From: Macrostomum lignano
Taxonomy: Eukaryota
Length of the DNA stretch: 64,000 bases
Assembly: GCA_002269645.1 (NCBI GenBank)
Contig: NIVC01000944.1
Coordinates: 62,001 to 126,000 of the forward strand
Direction of reading: 5' to 3'
The first letter of the stretch is position 1. Each line of letters begins with the position of its first letter. A model generated the notes under the pieces. That model had not been told where the DNA came from, searched no databases, and saw only the letters and a list, made by a program, of their open reading frames with translations. This document shows positions 25,240-37,879 of this stretch, one piece after another. Made by a program: the position numbers and the translations under genes.

Positions 25240-27372
25240 ATGCCACAGGCCTGTCAGCAGCAGCAGCCAGACCCGCAGAGTTGCACCAGACCAGAGCAGC
25301 AGCAGTCCATGGCCCGCCCCGTGGACCGCTCCGTGAGCCAGACCAGCTCCCTGGCCTCCTCGGGCCAGCCGCCCTCCCAGTCGCCTCCCCAGCTGTCCGA
25401 TTACCGAATCTCCGAGCGGCTCAGCAACTACAACCGCGAGTACCACCTGTTCGGCTCCAGCAGCAGCGGCGGCACCGGCGGCATCCCGCAGGAGTTGCTG
25501 GACTCGGAGCCGCAGTTCTTCACCAGCGTGATGGAGCCGGACGCCTACTTTGCCATCCAGCCTGGCAGCGGCGACGACTACCAGAACCTGCCGGCCGCCC
25601 GCCTAGCCGCCACCAACGCCGCCGCAGCCGCCGCCGCTCCTGCCGTCTCGGCGCCATCCGCTGCCCCGCCACTCCCCGCCACCAGCACCAGCAGCGGCGG
25701 TGGCGGGGTGGACAACTTGGCCGGCAGCTTCAGCTCCGTGGCGGTGGACAGCCGGCACCAGCCGCACGTGAGCAGCAAGCCGAAGACCGTTATGGTGCAG
25801 ACACCATCGAGCAAGAAGCTGGAGGCGCCGCGCAAGTCGGCCGCCAACAAGAAGGAGAAGAACCCGGACGTGTCCAAGGAGGTGGCCAAGTGCAAGGCCA
25901 ACGCCGAGGCCATCCTGGATCTGTCCAGCAAGCGGCTGATGGCGCTGCCGCCCTCCGTGCGCGACCTGAACTTCGTCACCGAGCTGTACCTGTACGACAA
26001 CAAGCTGGCGCACCTGCCTGAGCAGATCGGCGCCATGGTCAGCCTGGATAAGCTCATGCTGCAGCAGAACTGCCTCACAACCCTGCCCATGGCCATGCAG
26101 TACCTCACCAAGCTGAAGGTGCTGGACCTGCGCCACAACCGCCTGGACGGCAAGTTCCCGCCCGTGATCTACAAGCTGTACGGCCTCACCCAGCTGCTGC
26201 TCACCTACAACAAGATCACCGCCATCGACCCGGAGATCGGCAACCTCATCAGCCTCATGGTGCTGGTGGTGAACCGCAACCAGATCCAGGGCACCATCCC
26301 CAGCTCCATCGGCACCCTGCGCCAGCTCATCAAGTTGGACCTGTCCCACAACCGCATCGAGCAGATCCCCGAGGAGATCGGCCGCTGCATCCTGCTGCAC
26401 GACGTCAACCTGCAGCACAACTGCCTGCGCGCCCTGCCCGAGAACATCGGCGAGCTGCGCAGCCTCACCCGGCTCAGCCTGAAGTACAACCGCCTCACCA
26501 GCATCCCCAAGACCCTCACCAACTGCCACAAGCTGGAGGAGTTCAACATAGAGAACAACGACATCTCCACCCTGCCGGAGGGCATGCTCGCCAGCATGCG
26601 GCGGCTCGGCAGCATTGTGCTGTCCCGCAACCACTTTGCCCACTTCCCGCCCGGCGGCCCCGCCCAGTTCGCCAGCTCGCTGTCTCTGGCGCTGGACAAC
26701 AACCAGATCTCCGGCATCCCAGCCGGCATCTTCAGCTCCGCCAAGCACCTCACCATGCTGAACCTAAACACCAACTCCATCCAGTCTCTGCTGGCCGAGG
26801 ACATGCCCTACCTGCGCCACCTGGTCTCTCTGGACCTCGGCAACAACAGCCTGACGGAGATTCCCAGCGACATCCGCCACTTGCAGCGCCTCGAGACCCT
26901 GGTGCTCAGCCACAACAACCTCCAGCAGCTGACTGAGGGCATCAGCGGCTGCACCTCGCTGCGCAAGCTTGAACTGGAGTACAACTGCCTGGAGACCCTG
27001 CCAGCCGAGATCGGTCACCTACACGAACTGCGCGAGCTCAACCTCACCGCCAACCGGCTCACCAGCATCCCGCTGGGCGTCACCCTGCTGCACCTGACTG
27101 TGCTGCGCCTCAGCGAGAACTGCCTGCGCGATGTGCCCCGTGAGATCGGCCAGATGTCCTCCCTCAAGGAGCTCTACCTGAACGAGAACGCCAACCTAGA
27201 CAACCTGCCGTCCACTCTGTCTGTCTGCTCAAAGCTGGAGCTGCTCAACATTGAGCACTGCCGGCTCAGCCACATTCCAGCAGAGATCGTCACCTCGGGC
27301 TCCAATGTGGTCATGCAGTTTCTCAAGCAGGTGTACAGCTACGAGCGCAACTGCCAGGTGCACGATCTCTGA
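25240..27372 (+). CDS. SHOC2: SHOC2/SUR-8-like leucine-rich repeat protein, single exon, 710 aa (603+ aa of the ORF follow the alternative Met at 25309 region; exact start uncertain)
   Basis: Uninterrupted ORF with a long run of LRRs. Pre-LRR cap DVSKEVAKCKANAEAILDLSSKRLMALPPSVRDL..TELYLYDNKL parallels SHOC2 [38 protein letters not shown]. Also GGPAQFAS and C-terminal VVMQFLK. The start could be Met at 25309 if the AG at 25246-47 is a splice acceptor. Confidence 0.85.
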   Translation: MPQACQQQQPDPQSCTRPEQQQSMARPVDRSVSQTSSLASSGQPPSQSPPQLSDYRISERLSNYNREYHLFGSSSSGGTGGIPQELLDSEPQFFTSVMEPDAYFAIQPGSGDDYQNLPAARLAATNAAAAAAAPAVSAPSAAPPLPATSTSSGGGGVDNLAGSFSSVAVDSRHQPHVSSKPKTVMVQTPSSKKLEAPRKSAANKKEKNPDVSKEVAKCKANAEAILDLSSKRLMALPPSVRDLNFVTELYLYDNKLAHLPEQIGAMVSLDKLMLQQNCLTTLPMAMQYLTKLKVLDLRHNRLDGKFPPVIYKLYGLTQLLLTYNKITAIDPEIGNLISLMVLVVNRNQIQGTIPSSIGTLRQLIKLDLSHNRIEQIPEEIGRCILLHDVNLQHNCLRALPENIGELRSLTRLSLKYNRLTSIPKTLTNCHKLEEFNIENNDISTLPEGMLASMRRLGSIVLSRNHFAHFPPGGPAQFASSLSLALDNNQISGIPAGIFSSAKHLTMLNLNTNSIQSLLAEDMPYLRHLVSLDLGNNSLTEIPSDIRHLQRLETLVLSHNNLQQLTEGISGCTSLRKLELEYNCLETLPAEIGHLHELRELNLTANRLTSIPLGVTLLHLTVLRLSENCLRDVPREIGQMSSLKELYLNENANLDNLPSTLSVCSKLELLNIEHCRLSHIPAEIVTSGSNVVMQFLKQVYSYERNCQVHDL

Positions 27373-28119
27373 GCTCTGAGACTGAGCAAATCTTATTGAC
27401 AGGTTGTGAATTCATTCAAGTATCGCCATTTTATCCGCTTACGTTAATCTCCATCGCGCCTGCCGGTCAAATCGCTTTCACAATCTGAGTTTTTGGCGGT
27501 ATAACTGTAAAAGTAATTTACTTTTCTACGTGAAACTTTTGAAGGTCATTTCCCGTTGAAAACGTTACCGTGACAAGAATCGCTAAAGAGTCATTGCGAA
27601 CTTTACAGCAACTCCAGCACGCCTCAGATACAACTCAGATGCCGCAGAGTCGCTTGCGTCGCCCTAAAGTCGTTTCAGAATCGCAGACAATAAGACGCCT
27701 TAAAATGATTTTTTGACGGCTTTTTGGTTTCCAATCCAGGCGGGCCAGGTTTTAGTAGTCCCTGAATTCGACTAACCCTTAGCTGCGTGCGATCATTGTC
27801 CGGTAACTCGGCTTGTGTTAGCCTTGCGCTGCCTTGGCTGCTGCAGTCGTGCACCCGCTGGCACCAACAAAATGGGCACAACATGGCTAGCGACTGCGGA
27901 ATTCAATTCTGCGCACTTCATATTGACCACTTAAATTTTGCCTGCCAGTTCTCATTCTGATCGTTGGTGCAGCTAACAGTTTCCACTCTGTTTTCCATTT
28001 GATTTTATGCAGTATTTTTCGTTGCCGGTTTTTTATGCTTCCGCGTTCGACCGATGCAAACAGGTCCTCTGATTCCTCTGCAGCTGCTTGGGGCGCACTG
28101 GCGCCCATGACCACATCTG

Positions 28120-29335
28120 GTTCCCCTTGTCCTCCACCTGGCGCCCCATTTCTCTCATCTAGCGCCCCTTGTCCCCCATCTGGCGCCTATTGTCCCCCAT
28201 CTGGCGCCTATTGTCCCCCATCTGGCGCCTATTGTCCCCCATCTGGCGCCTATTGTCCCCCATCTGGCGCCTATTGTCCCCCATCTGGCGCCTATTGTCC
28301 CCCATCTGGCGCCCTTTGTCCTTCATCTAGCGCCCCTTGTCCCCCATCTGGCGCCTATTGTCCCCCATCTGGCGCCTATTGTCCCCCATCTGGCGCCTAT
28401 TGTCCCCCATCTGGCGCCTATTGTCCCCCATCTGGCGCCTATTGTCCCCCATCTGGCGCCTATTGTCCCCCATCTGGCGCCCTTTGTCCTTCATCTAGCG
28501 CCCCTTGTCCCCCATCTGGCGCCTATTGTCCCCCATCTGGCGCCTATTGTCCTTCATCTGGCGCCCTTTTTCCTTCATCTAGCGCCCCTTGTCCCCCATC
28601 TGGCGCCTATTGTCCCCCATCTGGCGCGCCTTGTCCCCCATCTGGCGCCTATTGTCCCCCATCTGGCGCGCCTTGTCCCCCATCTGGCGCCCTTTGTCCC
28701 CCATCTGGCGCCTCTTGTCCCCCATCTGGCGCCTATTGTCCCCCATCTGGCGCCTATTGTCCTTCATCTGGCGCCCTTTTTCCTTCATCTAGCGCCCCTT
28801 GTCCCCCATCTGGCGCCTATTGTCCCCCATCTGGCGCCTATTGTCCTTCATCTGGCGCCCTTTTTCCTTCATCTAGCGCCCCTTGTTGTCCCCCATCTGG
28901 CGTTCTTTGTCCTTCATCTAGCGCCCCTTGTCCCCCATCTGGCGCCCCTTGTCCCCCATCTAGCGCTCTTTGTCCTTCATCTAGCGCCCCTTGTCCCCAT
29001 CTGGCGCCCCTTGTCCCCCATCTGGCGCCCCTTGTCCCCCATCTGGCGCTCTTTGTCCTTCATCTAGCGCCCCTTGTCCCCATCTGGCGCCCCTTGTCCC
29101 CCATCTAGCGCCCCTTGTCCCCCATCTGGCGCCTATTGTCCCCCATCTGGCGCCTATTGTCCTTCATCTGGCGCCCTTTTTCCTTCATCTAGCGCCCCTT
29201 GTCCCCCATCTGGCGCCTATTGTCCCCCAACTGGCGCCCCTTGTCCCCCATCTGGCGCTCTTTGTCCTTCATCTAGCGCCCCTTGTCCCCATCTGGCGCC
29301 CCTTGTCCCCCATCTGGCGCCCCTTGTCCCCATGC
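28120..29335. repeat. Minisatellite, 21-bp unit (tgtcccccatctggcgcctat) with 20-bp variants
   Basis: Source of the spurious SGAYCPP ORFs. Confidence 0.95.
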
Positions 29336-29588
29336 TGCAGCGGGCACCAGGGCGAGTTCAATGAGCGCTTCCGCCGGGCCGGTCCAGGTTGTCGAGTTGC
29401 TAAATGCTAATTTATTTTTCCACACGAAGCTCCTCTTGTGCTGTCCCCGAAAGCTGGCACCGTCTCGCTTTCCATTGCAAGTTTTTGTTGTGCCTTCGTT
29501 TTTTATTAATAGCTGTTTGCCTTTGTTATAATTCGATTCGAACTGCTGGCCCCTCATTAACTCGAAAAATTCTTGCAGTCTTGCATTA

Positions 29589-30726
29589 CGAGGGGCGCAC
29601 TGAAAGTTTTGCGATACGCCGAAACCACAAATGTCTGAAGCAAAATTTCTGTCACAATTTTTCAAAGTAGTTGCCACCAGCTTGCTCGCATTTTCTTATC
29701 CGGTGAAAGCACTGCACCCCGGCTCCAGCCCACTGTTCTTCTGGCACTGCTGACACCACCCGCTCGAGCTCGATTCTTGCTGCTTCAGGGCTCTCAAACC
29801 GAGTCCCGCACAGTTGGTTCTTCACCAAAGGGAAGAGAAAGAAGTCGCAGGGTGCCAGGTCAGGGGAATATGAGGGATGCGTCACCAACTGGACTCCATT
29901 CTCGGCCAGAAATGCTAAAGGTGCAGCAGCCGTGTGCGCACTGGCGTTGTCGTGGTGCAGCAGCAGGCCACGAAGTCCGGTGCGCGACCGGCGTCTGCGC
30001 CAAGCATCGAACACGAGCGGCAGGCACTGGTTAGTATACCAGTCGGCATTGACTGTCCGCCTGTCTTGGAGCGCTACAGTGGCCAGGTGGCCGGCCTGGC
30101 TGAAGAAAGCCGCCACCATCTGCTTCCCGACGCTGCGGGCCCGCTTGACCTTCGTTGGGGTGGCATCGTCCGGAAGGAGCCAAACTGCCGACTGCTGCTT
30201 GGTTTCCGGGTCGTACTGGTAGACCAAGGTCTCATCGCCACTGATGATCTCCCAGCATCACTTCGAGGTCCCAGAATCGAATCTTTCGAGCATGAACTCG
30301 CACCAAAGTACCCTCTCCTCTTTCTGGTCCTCCGTCAGGTTGTGGGGCACCCAGCGGGCGCACCGCTTGGAGGCTTTGGCCCCACTTAAATTTCCTGTAC
30401 AACCGAAAAACTGTGGCACTTGAAGGGGCTTGGTCTCCAAAGACAGCATGTAAACTTTCAACGCACTGCTCCTACGCGAGACCTTTTTGCTGGTTGTAAA
30501 CAATCATGACACAAAAGTCGTGGTTTGTCAACTCCATTGGAGCAAGTACAGTTTGGTAGGGGGTATTGACTTTAAAGAGTGATTGTGAAAAATTAACAAC
30601 AGCGCAAAGGCTGAAAATTACTACCCAATCATCCTAAGGGTGGTAGAGTATGTATATGAAAATTCGTGCAGTTTTGACTTATGAGTCAGTCGTACGAGTA
30701 TCTCAAAACTTTCAGTACGCTCCTCG
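29589..30726 (-). mobile_element. Decayed mariner (Tc1/mariner) DNA transposon, 1138 bp
   Basis: 29-bp TIRs at 29589-29617 and 30698-30726 (3 mismatches), TA on both flanks (29587-88, 30727-28). Transposase remnants on the minus strand: RWVPHNL, IISGDET, HHDNASAH, HPSYSPDLAPCDFFLF. Frameshift near 30250 and a disrupted N-terminus. Confidence 0.93.
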
Positions 30727-30934
30727 TACACTGCATTATTGCTGGGCTTCTCACTGGCTCGCGTTGCCCTTTTTGTGAACATTCTCTGTCTGGTTTCATA
30801 AATCCTACTTACTGTCTTGTTATCCACTGGGTAGACTCCTATATCCGCATCCTTGTACGGAGTCTTAATAAACTGGCTTCTAGTTTTTTATTTATGAATA
30901 TGAATAGCAATTTTTTAAATTGTAGTTAACAGCC

Positions 30935-31850
30935 TTTGTTGCTAGGCCACCCTCCCAGATCCTCAGTTTCTAGCCCACGCCACTCCCAGATCGTCAGTTG
31001 CTGGGCCAGCCTCCCAGATCGTCAGTTGCTGGGCCAGCCTCCCAGATCGTCAGTTGCTGGGCCAGCCTCCCAGATCGTCAGTTGCTGGGCCAGCCTCCCA
31101 GAATGTCAGTTGCTAGGCCAGCCTCCCAGATCGTCATTTGCTGGGCCATCAGCCTCCCAGATCGTCAGTTGCTGGGCCATCAGCCTCTCAGAGTGTCAGT
31201 TGCTGGGCCACCCTCCAAGATCCTCAGTTGCTGGCCCACTCCACTCCCAGATCGTCAGTAGCTGGGCCAGTCTCCCAAATCGTTAGTTGCTGGGCCAGTC
31301 TCCCAGATCCTCAGTAGCTGGGCCACCCCAGTCCCAGATCCTCAGTAGCTGGGCCACCCCAGTCTCAGATCCTCAGTAGCTGGGCCACTCCACTCCCAGA
31401 TCGTCAGTAGCTGGGCCACCCCAGTCCCAGATCCTCAGTAGCTGGGCCACTCCACTCCCAGATCCTCAGTAGCTGGGCCACCCCAGTCCCAGATCCTCAG
31501 TAGCTGGGCCACTCCACTCCCAGATCGTCAGTAGCTGGGCCACCCCAGTCCCAGATCCTCAGTAGCTGGGCCACCCCAGTCCCAGATCCTCAGTAGCTGG
31601 GCCACTCCACTCCCAGATCGTCAGTAGCTGGGCCACCCCAGTCCCAGATCCTCAGTAGCTGGGCCACTCCACTCCCAGATCGTCAGTAGCTGGGCCACCC
31701 CAGTCCCAGATCCTCAGTAGCTGGGCCACTCCACTCCCAGATCGTCAGTAGCTGGGCCACCCCAGTCCCAGATCCTCAGTAGCTGGGCCACCCCAGTCCC
31801 AGATCCTCAGTAGCTGGGCCAACCCAGTCCCAGATCCTCAGTGCTAGTCC
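30935..31850. repeat. Minisatellite, 28-31-bp unit (gtagctgggccaccccagtcccagatcctca)
   Basis: Lies between the mariner and the SLC35A gene. Confidence 0.95.
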
Positions 31851-31932
31851 CAGATACTCGGTCGCAGTTGAGCAGAGAAACCAGTACACCGCAGCGCTCA
31901 GCTGCTCAGCCGTTTGAGTCCCAGCTCATGGC

Positions 31933-31938
31933 TATAAA
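31933..31938 (+). promoter_or_regulatory. Possible TATA box upstream of SLC35A
   Basis: TATAAA about 60 nt before ATG 31997 in an otherwise GC-rich context. Confidence 0.35.
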
Positions 31939-31996
31939 GTGGCACCCGGCCGCGCTCCCGCAGCCCAGGCCGGCCCAGCCCCACTAGCCGCACGCC

Positions 31997-33312
31997 ATGG
32001 CCAGCCAGCAGCAGCTGAAGTGGATCAGCCTCACCCTGCTGGTGCTCCAGACCTCCTCGGTGGTGCTGGCCATGCGCTACACCCGCAGCGCGGCGGAGCC
32101 CGGCCAGAAGCTCTACCTGACCTCCACGGCGGTCGTCATGGCGGAGGCTGTGAAGCTGCTCACCTGCCTGCTGCTGGTTGCTAGGGAGCACGGCTTCTCA
32201 GCCAGGCTGACAATTCGCGATCTGCGCACCGAGCTGCTGGTGAACTGGCAGGACACCCTGAAGCTGGCGGTGCCGGCCGGCCTGTACACCTTGCAGAACA
32301 ACCTGCTGTTCATTGCGCTGTCGCATCTGAATGCCGCGCTGTACCAGGTGAGCGCTTCCAGCTTGTGGCGTTGTAGTCTATGTATGACTCATATCAGCTC
32401 TATGACTCATCCTCTATGACTCATATCAGCTCTCTGACTCATCCTCTATGACTCATATCAGCTCTCTGACTCATCCTCTATGACTCGCATATCAGCTCTC
32501 TGACTCATCCTTTCTCTCTGACTCACATATCAACTCTCTGACTCATCCTCTATGACTCACATATCAGCTCTCTGACTCACATATCAACTCTGACTCATCC
32601 TCTATGACACACATATCAGCTCTCTGACTCACATATCAACTCTCTGACTCACATATCAACTCTCTGACTCACATATCAGCTCTCTGACTCACATATCAAC
32701 TCTCTGACTCATCCTTTCTCTCTGACTCACATATCAACTCTCTGACTCACATATCAACTCTCTGACTCACATATCAGCTCTCTGACTCACATATCAACTC
32801 TCTGACTCACATATCAGCTCTCTGACTCACATACCAACTCTCTGACTCATCCTTTCTCTCTGACTCACATATCAGCTCTCTATGACTCGCATCATCTCTC
32901 TATGACTCACATCAGCTCTCTATGACTCACATCAGCTCTCTATGACTCACACATCAGCTAATTTGCGTGATGCCATTCGCAGGTGACCTACCAGCTGAAG
33001 ATTCTCACCACAGCGGTTTTCTCCGTCCTGATGCTGCGCAAGGCCATCTCCGGCACCAAGTGGCTCGCGCTGCTCATCCTCTTCACCGGGGTGGCGCTGG
33101 TCCAGCTGCCTAGCCAGGACGACTCGTCATCGGCAGCGGCGACGTCTGAGCAGTCAGCGAGTCTCTCCAGCCAGATGGTGGGTCTGGTGGCCGTGCTCTC
33201 CGCCTGCTGCAGCAGCGGCTTTGCCGGCGTCTACTTTGAAAAGATTTTAAAGGTGCGTTTCGGAAATGCTCGTATTTTCTTTGCCTGATATATTACTGAC
33301 AGCCTGTAAGCA

Positions 33313-33379
<67 letters not shown>

Positions 33380-33780
33380 CTCAGGGCTCGCAGGCCTCAG
33401 TGTGGATGCGCAACATTCAGCTCGGTCTGTTCGGCGCCCTCCTCGGCCTGGGCGGCGTGGCGGCCTCGGACTGGCAGCGGGTGGCCGCCGACGGCTTCTT
33501 CCAAGGCTACACGGGCTGGGTGTGGCTGGTCATCGGCCTGCACGCCTTCGGCGGCTTGGTGATCGCCGCGGTGATTAAGTATGCCGACAACATCTTGAAG
33601 GGCTTCGCCAACGCGGTGTCCATCATCCTGAGCACCCTGGTGTCCTGGCTGTGGCTGGCCGACTTCGTGCCCAGCGCCACGTTCTTCGCCGGCGCCTCGC
33701 TGGTCATCGCCGCCACAATGCTGTACGGCTGGGAGCGGCCGCAGCCTGCGCCGCCGCCCAGGCCCGCTGACAAGGTCTAG
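31997..33780 (+). CDS. SLC35A3: Golgi nucleotide-sugar transporter, SLC35A family (closest to UDP-GlcNAc transporter SLC35A3), 3 exons, 338 aa
   Basis: Exons 31997-32347, 32983-33252, 33385-33780, phase 0. Motifs [72 protein letters not shown]. The last two look more A3-like than A2-like; the A2 versus A3 call is tentative. Confidence 0.9.
32385..32958. repeat. Intronic minisatellite, about 20-bp unit (ctctctgactcacatatca[a/g])
   Basis: Fills SLC35A intron 1. Confidence 0.93.
33313..33378. repeat. (CTA)n microsatellite
   Basis: SLC35A intron 2, immediately before the acceptor. Confidence 0.95.
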
Positions 33781-33919
33781 CTGATCAAATTTCGCTGACG
33801 GTGTTCAGCCGCCTGGATTTGACTGACTCAGGTTGCTCTTCCAGGTTTTTAATATGACAGCGCTGACAGGATTGTGTCTGACAAGATTTCTCTCAAGGCT
33901 AATAGCCTAACTTTTTGAT

Positions 33920-34885
33920 AAGATCTAGCTGGCAAGAATTATCTGATGATGAGGTCTAGCTGACAAGAATTATCTGATGATGAGATCTAGCTGACAAGAA
34001 TTATCTGATGATGAGGTCTAGCTGACAAGAATTATCTGATGATGAGGTCTAGCTGACAAGAATTATCTGATGATGAGATCTAGCTGACAAGAGTTATCTG
34101 ATGATGAGGTCTGATGATGAGATCTAGCTGACAAGAATTATCTGATGATGAGGTCTAGCTGACAAGAATTATCTGATGATGAGGTCTAGCTGACAAGAAT
34201 TATCTGATGAAGAGGTCTGATGATGAGATCTAGCTGACAAGAGTTATCTGATGAAGAGGTCTAGCTGACAAGAATTATCTGATGATGAGGTCTAGCTGAC
34301 AAGAATTATCTGATGATGAGATCTAGCTGACAAGAGTTATCTGATGAAGAGATCTAGCTGACAAGAGTTATCTGATGAAGAGGTCTAGCTGACAAGAATT
34401 ATCTGATGATGAGGTCTAGCTGACAAGAATTATCTGATGATGAGATCTAGCTGACAAGAGTTATCTGATGAAGAGATCTAGCTGACAAGAGTTATCTGAT
34501 GAAGAGGTCTAGCTGACAAGAATTATCTGATGATGAGATCTAGCTGACAAGAGTTATCTGATGAAGAGGTCTAGCTGACAATAATTATCTGATGATGAGA
34601 TCTAGCTGACAAGAATTATCTGATGAAGAGGTCTAGCTGACAAGAATTATCTGATGAGGTCTAGCTGACAAGAATTATCTGATGAGGTCTAGCTGACAAG
34701 AATTATCTGATGAGGTCTAGCTGACAAGAATTATCTGATGAGGTCTAGCTGACAAGAATTATCTGATGAAGAGGTCTAGCTGGCAATAATTATCTGATGA
34801 TGAGATCTAGCTGACAATAATTAACTGATAATGAGGTCTAGCTGACAAGAATTATCTGATGATGAGGTCTAGCTGACAAAAATCA
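33920..34885. repeat. Minisatellite, 31-bp unit (ctagctgacaagaattatctgatgatgag[g/a]t)
   Basis: About 30 copies downstream of SLC35A. Confidence 0.95.
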
Positions 34886-35669
34886 TTTGATGATAAGATT
34901 TAGCAAGTCCTGTCTGCCTCTGTCAGCAGGTGCCGGTGGTTGCGACTCCCTAGGTTGACATGTACTTTAGTTTTGGATATTTTGATTTTTAGTTTTTTAT
35001 CATGCATCGGTCACTGACAGTCGTTTTTGTATTTCTGGTTCCTCTGTTAGCGCGCGGTGCAACTGCAGCCAAATCCGGCACCGCGTGAAGATTTGCCAAT
35101 GCTAAATCTAGCTGAAATCTGTGTGCCTTCTGCGATTTCACTGCCATTGTATTTCTTATTGCGCTTACTGATTAGCTATTGTACCGGGTGTTTGACTTGT
35201 GTACTCTTCATGTCATTGGTTTGCGCATGCACTTTTACTTGGAGCGATACAGTTTAGTCTGGGTGGCTTGGGTGTCTGGGATTTCACAAACTAGAAAGAA
35301 GCATTCTCATTTAGAACTTTTTAGTATTAGCTTCAACTACTTTTGCCTTTGTTAAGTTTTTTACGCTACATATCGGCAGTACGAGTAAAGGTGTTATGGT
35401 CTTACGGAGCCTCCTAGTGCAATTTTGCGGCTTTCTAACAGCTCCTTTAGGAACTTAATTGAACCGTGACCTCGCAAGCGGAAAGTTTGTGTGCCAGCTC
35501 TTGGACTTCTGAGCTCTGGGATATTCCAGTTTTTCTGGCCAGGCATTTCTCTGCTTTGAATCAGCTTAGGCTTCCATTCCAAGTGTGATCTAACACCGCT
35601 TTAAATTGAGTTTTGCACCCATCCACGGCTTATGAACCAACTTTCTGGCGCTCCTAAGTGCCTATGACC

Positions 35670-36135
35670 TAATGATCCAACTGTCCATGACCTATGACCA
35701 CTTGTCTATGACCTATAGCCCAACTATTGACCTGTGACCAAACTGTCTATGACCTGTGACCACTTGTCTATGACCTATAGCCCAACTATTGACCTGTGAC
35801 CAAACTGTCTATGACCTGTGACCACTTGTCTATGACCTATAGCCCAACTATTGACCTGTGACCAAACTGTCTATGACCTGTGACCACTTGTCTATGACCT
35901 ATAGCCCAACTATTGACCTGTGACCAAACTGTCTATGACCTGTGACCACTTGTCTATGACCTATAGCCCAACTATTGACCTGTGACCAAACTGTCTATGA
36001 CCTGTGACCACTTGTCTATGACCTATAGCCCAACTATTGACCTGTGACCAAACTGTCTATGACCTGTGACCACTTGTCTATGACCTATAGCCCAACTATT
36101 GACCTGTGACCAAACTGTCTATGACCTGTGACCAA
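35670..36135. repeat. 62-bp higher-order repeat made of three related tgacc subunits
   Basis: Near-perfect 62-bp periodicity, e.g. 35701 versus 35763. Confidence 0.93.
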
Positions 36136-36436
36136 AATTCCTGTGCCCTATGACCGAACTGCCTATGCCCTATTCAGAGAGGTGTCATCCACGCCCTGTG
36201 ACCCGCCTACCCTCACTAATGAAGCTCCGATCTTGTTTTCAATCAATGCTCGAACTTTCATTTCTTCTGTTGCCTACTTGCGTCACAACTTTATCCGCTG
36301 TTAGTCTAGCCAGAGTTAGCTGCTAGTTCGGGACTTTGTTTTTATCTCACTGAAATATACATTTAACCGTGTGCGCACCCAAGTCGACTCAAGGCTGCGA
36401 TTGCGATGCTAAATGAAGGCAAACTGGCCGGCCCCG

Positions 36437-36575
36437 CTGAGAGGCTTGTCTTCGGCTTGATCATTCATCTGGTATGGTCGAGACTGAGAGGCTTGTCTTC
36501 GGCTTGATCATTCATCTGGTATGGTCGAGACTGAGAGGCTTGTCTTCGGCTTGATCATTCATCTGGTATAGTCGA
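36437..36575. repeat. 47-bp tandem triplication
   Basis: Copies start at 36437, 36484 and 36531. Confidence 0.9.
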
Positions 36576-37879
36576 GAAAGAGAGAGAGAAGGAAATTCAG
36601 GAAACTACTAAAGTACATAAAGTGTTGGCCTTGAGCCACGCGAAGTGCGCGTGAATTAAAATTCACTGCCCGCCCGCTGAGCTGAGGATGAATCGATGCT
36701 TCTGCGGCTTGACGCGGAGCTCTTGTCTTTGGGCAGGAGCTGCTGCCAGTAGATTAACTTCTTTTAGCAGAAGACAATCCTTGAGACTTGAAGAGTGTCA
36801 GCCTTGCTTAAAAATTTTAAAACAATGCCCTGCAGCTCCACCTGCGTCCCTGCCTGGCAATTGATCTTGCGTTCCCAGCTCCCCTCTGCCTGCCGAATCT
36901 TCCCATTGTCCTTGGAGAGCAGCTGCGGGCCCCCAGCTGCAGCTGCTGCCACCAGCATCTTTTGTTGCAGTTCTCGCAGCTCTGAGAAACTTTTTCAACT
37001 TGGGCTTCTGGTGCTTTCATCGATTGAGAGGCGCCTCTTTGTCTTTGAGCTGGGAAGCTTGGCTGTGCTGGCCTGCGATCTGCATCGACTGCAGCTGCGT
37101 CTGATGCAGCTGGCATGCGTGTAGGGACTTCCCCACTCTTCAAGTTGGGGTCTTGTAACTAAGGCCACTTACTAAACCTGCTCATCAAGATGACGTCAAT
37201 TTCGACCCCTACTGGGGGTGTTTCGGCTCGTATAAGCTCCAGCTTACACCGGTACTCAAACTTAAAGAGTAATAAATGCGCTTTATAAGCATTTTACCTT
37301 CACGAATGTGGTGCAGTATTTTGTAAAGCTCTTGAAACTAAGGAACAAGTCTAGTAAATATTTCGGGTGCTCACGCCCACGAACCATCAACCTGCGGTGA
37401 CTCACTGTACAGCAGAATATATTCGTACATTACCGCTTTAAATAATAAGTAGTTTGATTATCCCGAATACATGCGGGTTGCAGGTGGCATCCCGATGACT
37501 GGCAGCCTGCAAACTCTTGAACCGCCTCCAGACTGACAAACAATGGGCGCTCGGCCCAACCGACACTTAAGGGAGGGGAGGGAAGGCGACGGCAGAGCTG
37601 GGCTGCCCCTCACCATTGCTGCCGCTCCCCAGCTGCTGGAGAGGGTCCTGCGCGGCCCCGATTCGCCCGGGTTGCCCCTGGCAAAGCCGACGCCAAGCGC
37701 CAAAACACAGCATAATACAATGGAGATTTTTAAAGATGGGATCGGCCTCAGTCTTCCCCAGCCACTGCTAACCCGGCTTAAGCCCCGCTTGTTAAGCTCT
37801 CAACTTTGAATAATTTCCCTGAGTACCTTCCGGCAAAGCTGCTGCGAGATCTCGCTGTTGAACCGGCATTTCGTCAGTC

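Noticed and set aside
27999-29410. Cys/Pro-rich SGAYCPP ORF resembling a keratin-associated or metallothionein-like protein
   Set aside because: Pure 21-bp minisatellite that drifts to 20-bp units, which breaks the frame. There is no sign of codon-level constraint.
36764-37810. Short GC-rich ORFs upstream of the mosaic gene
   Set aside because: No recognisable domains or consistent splice structure.
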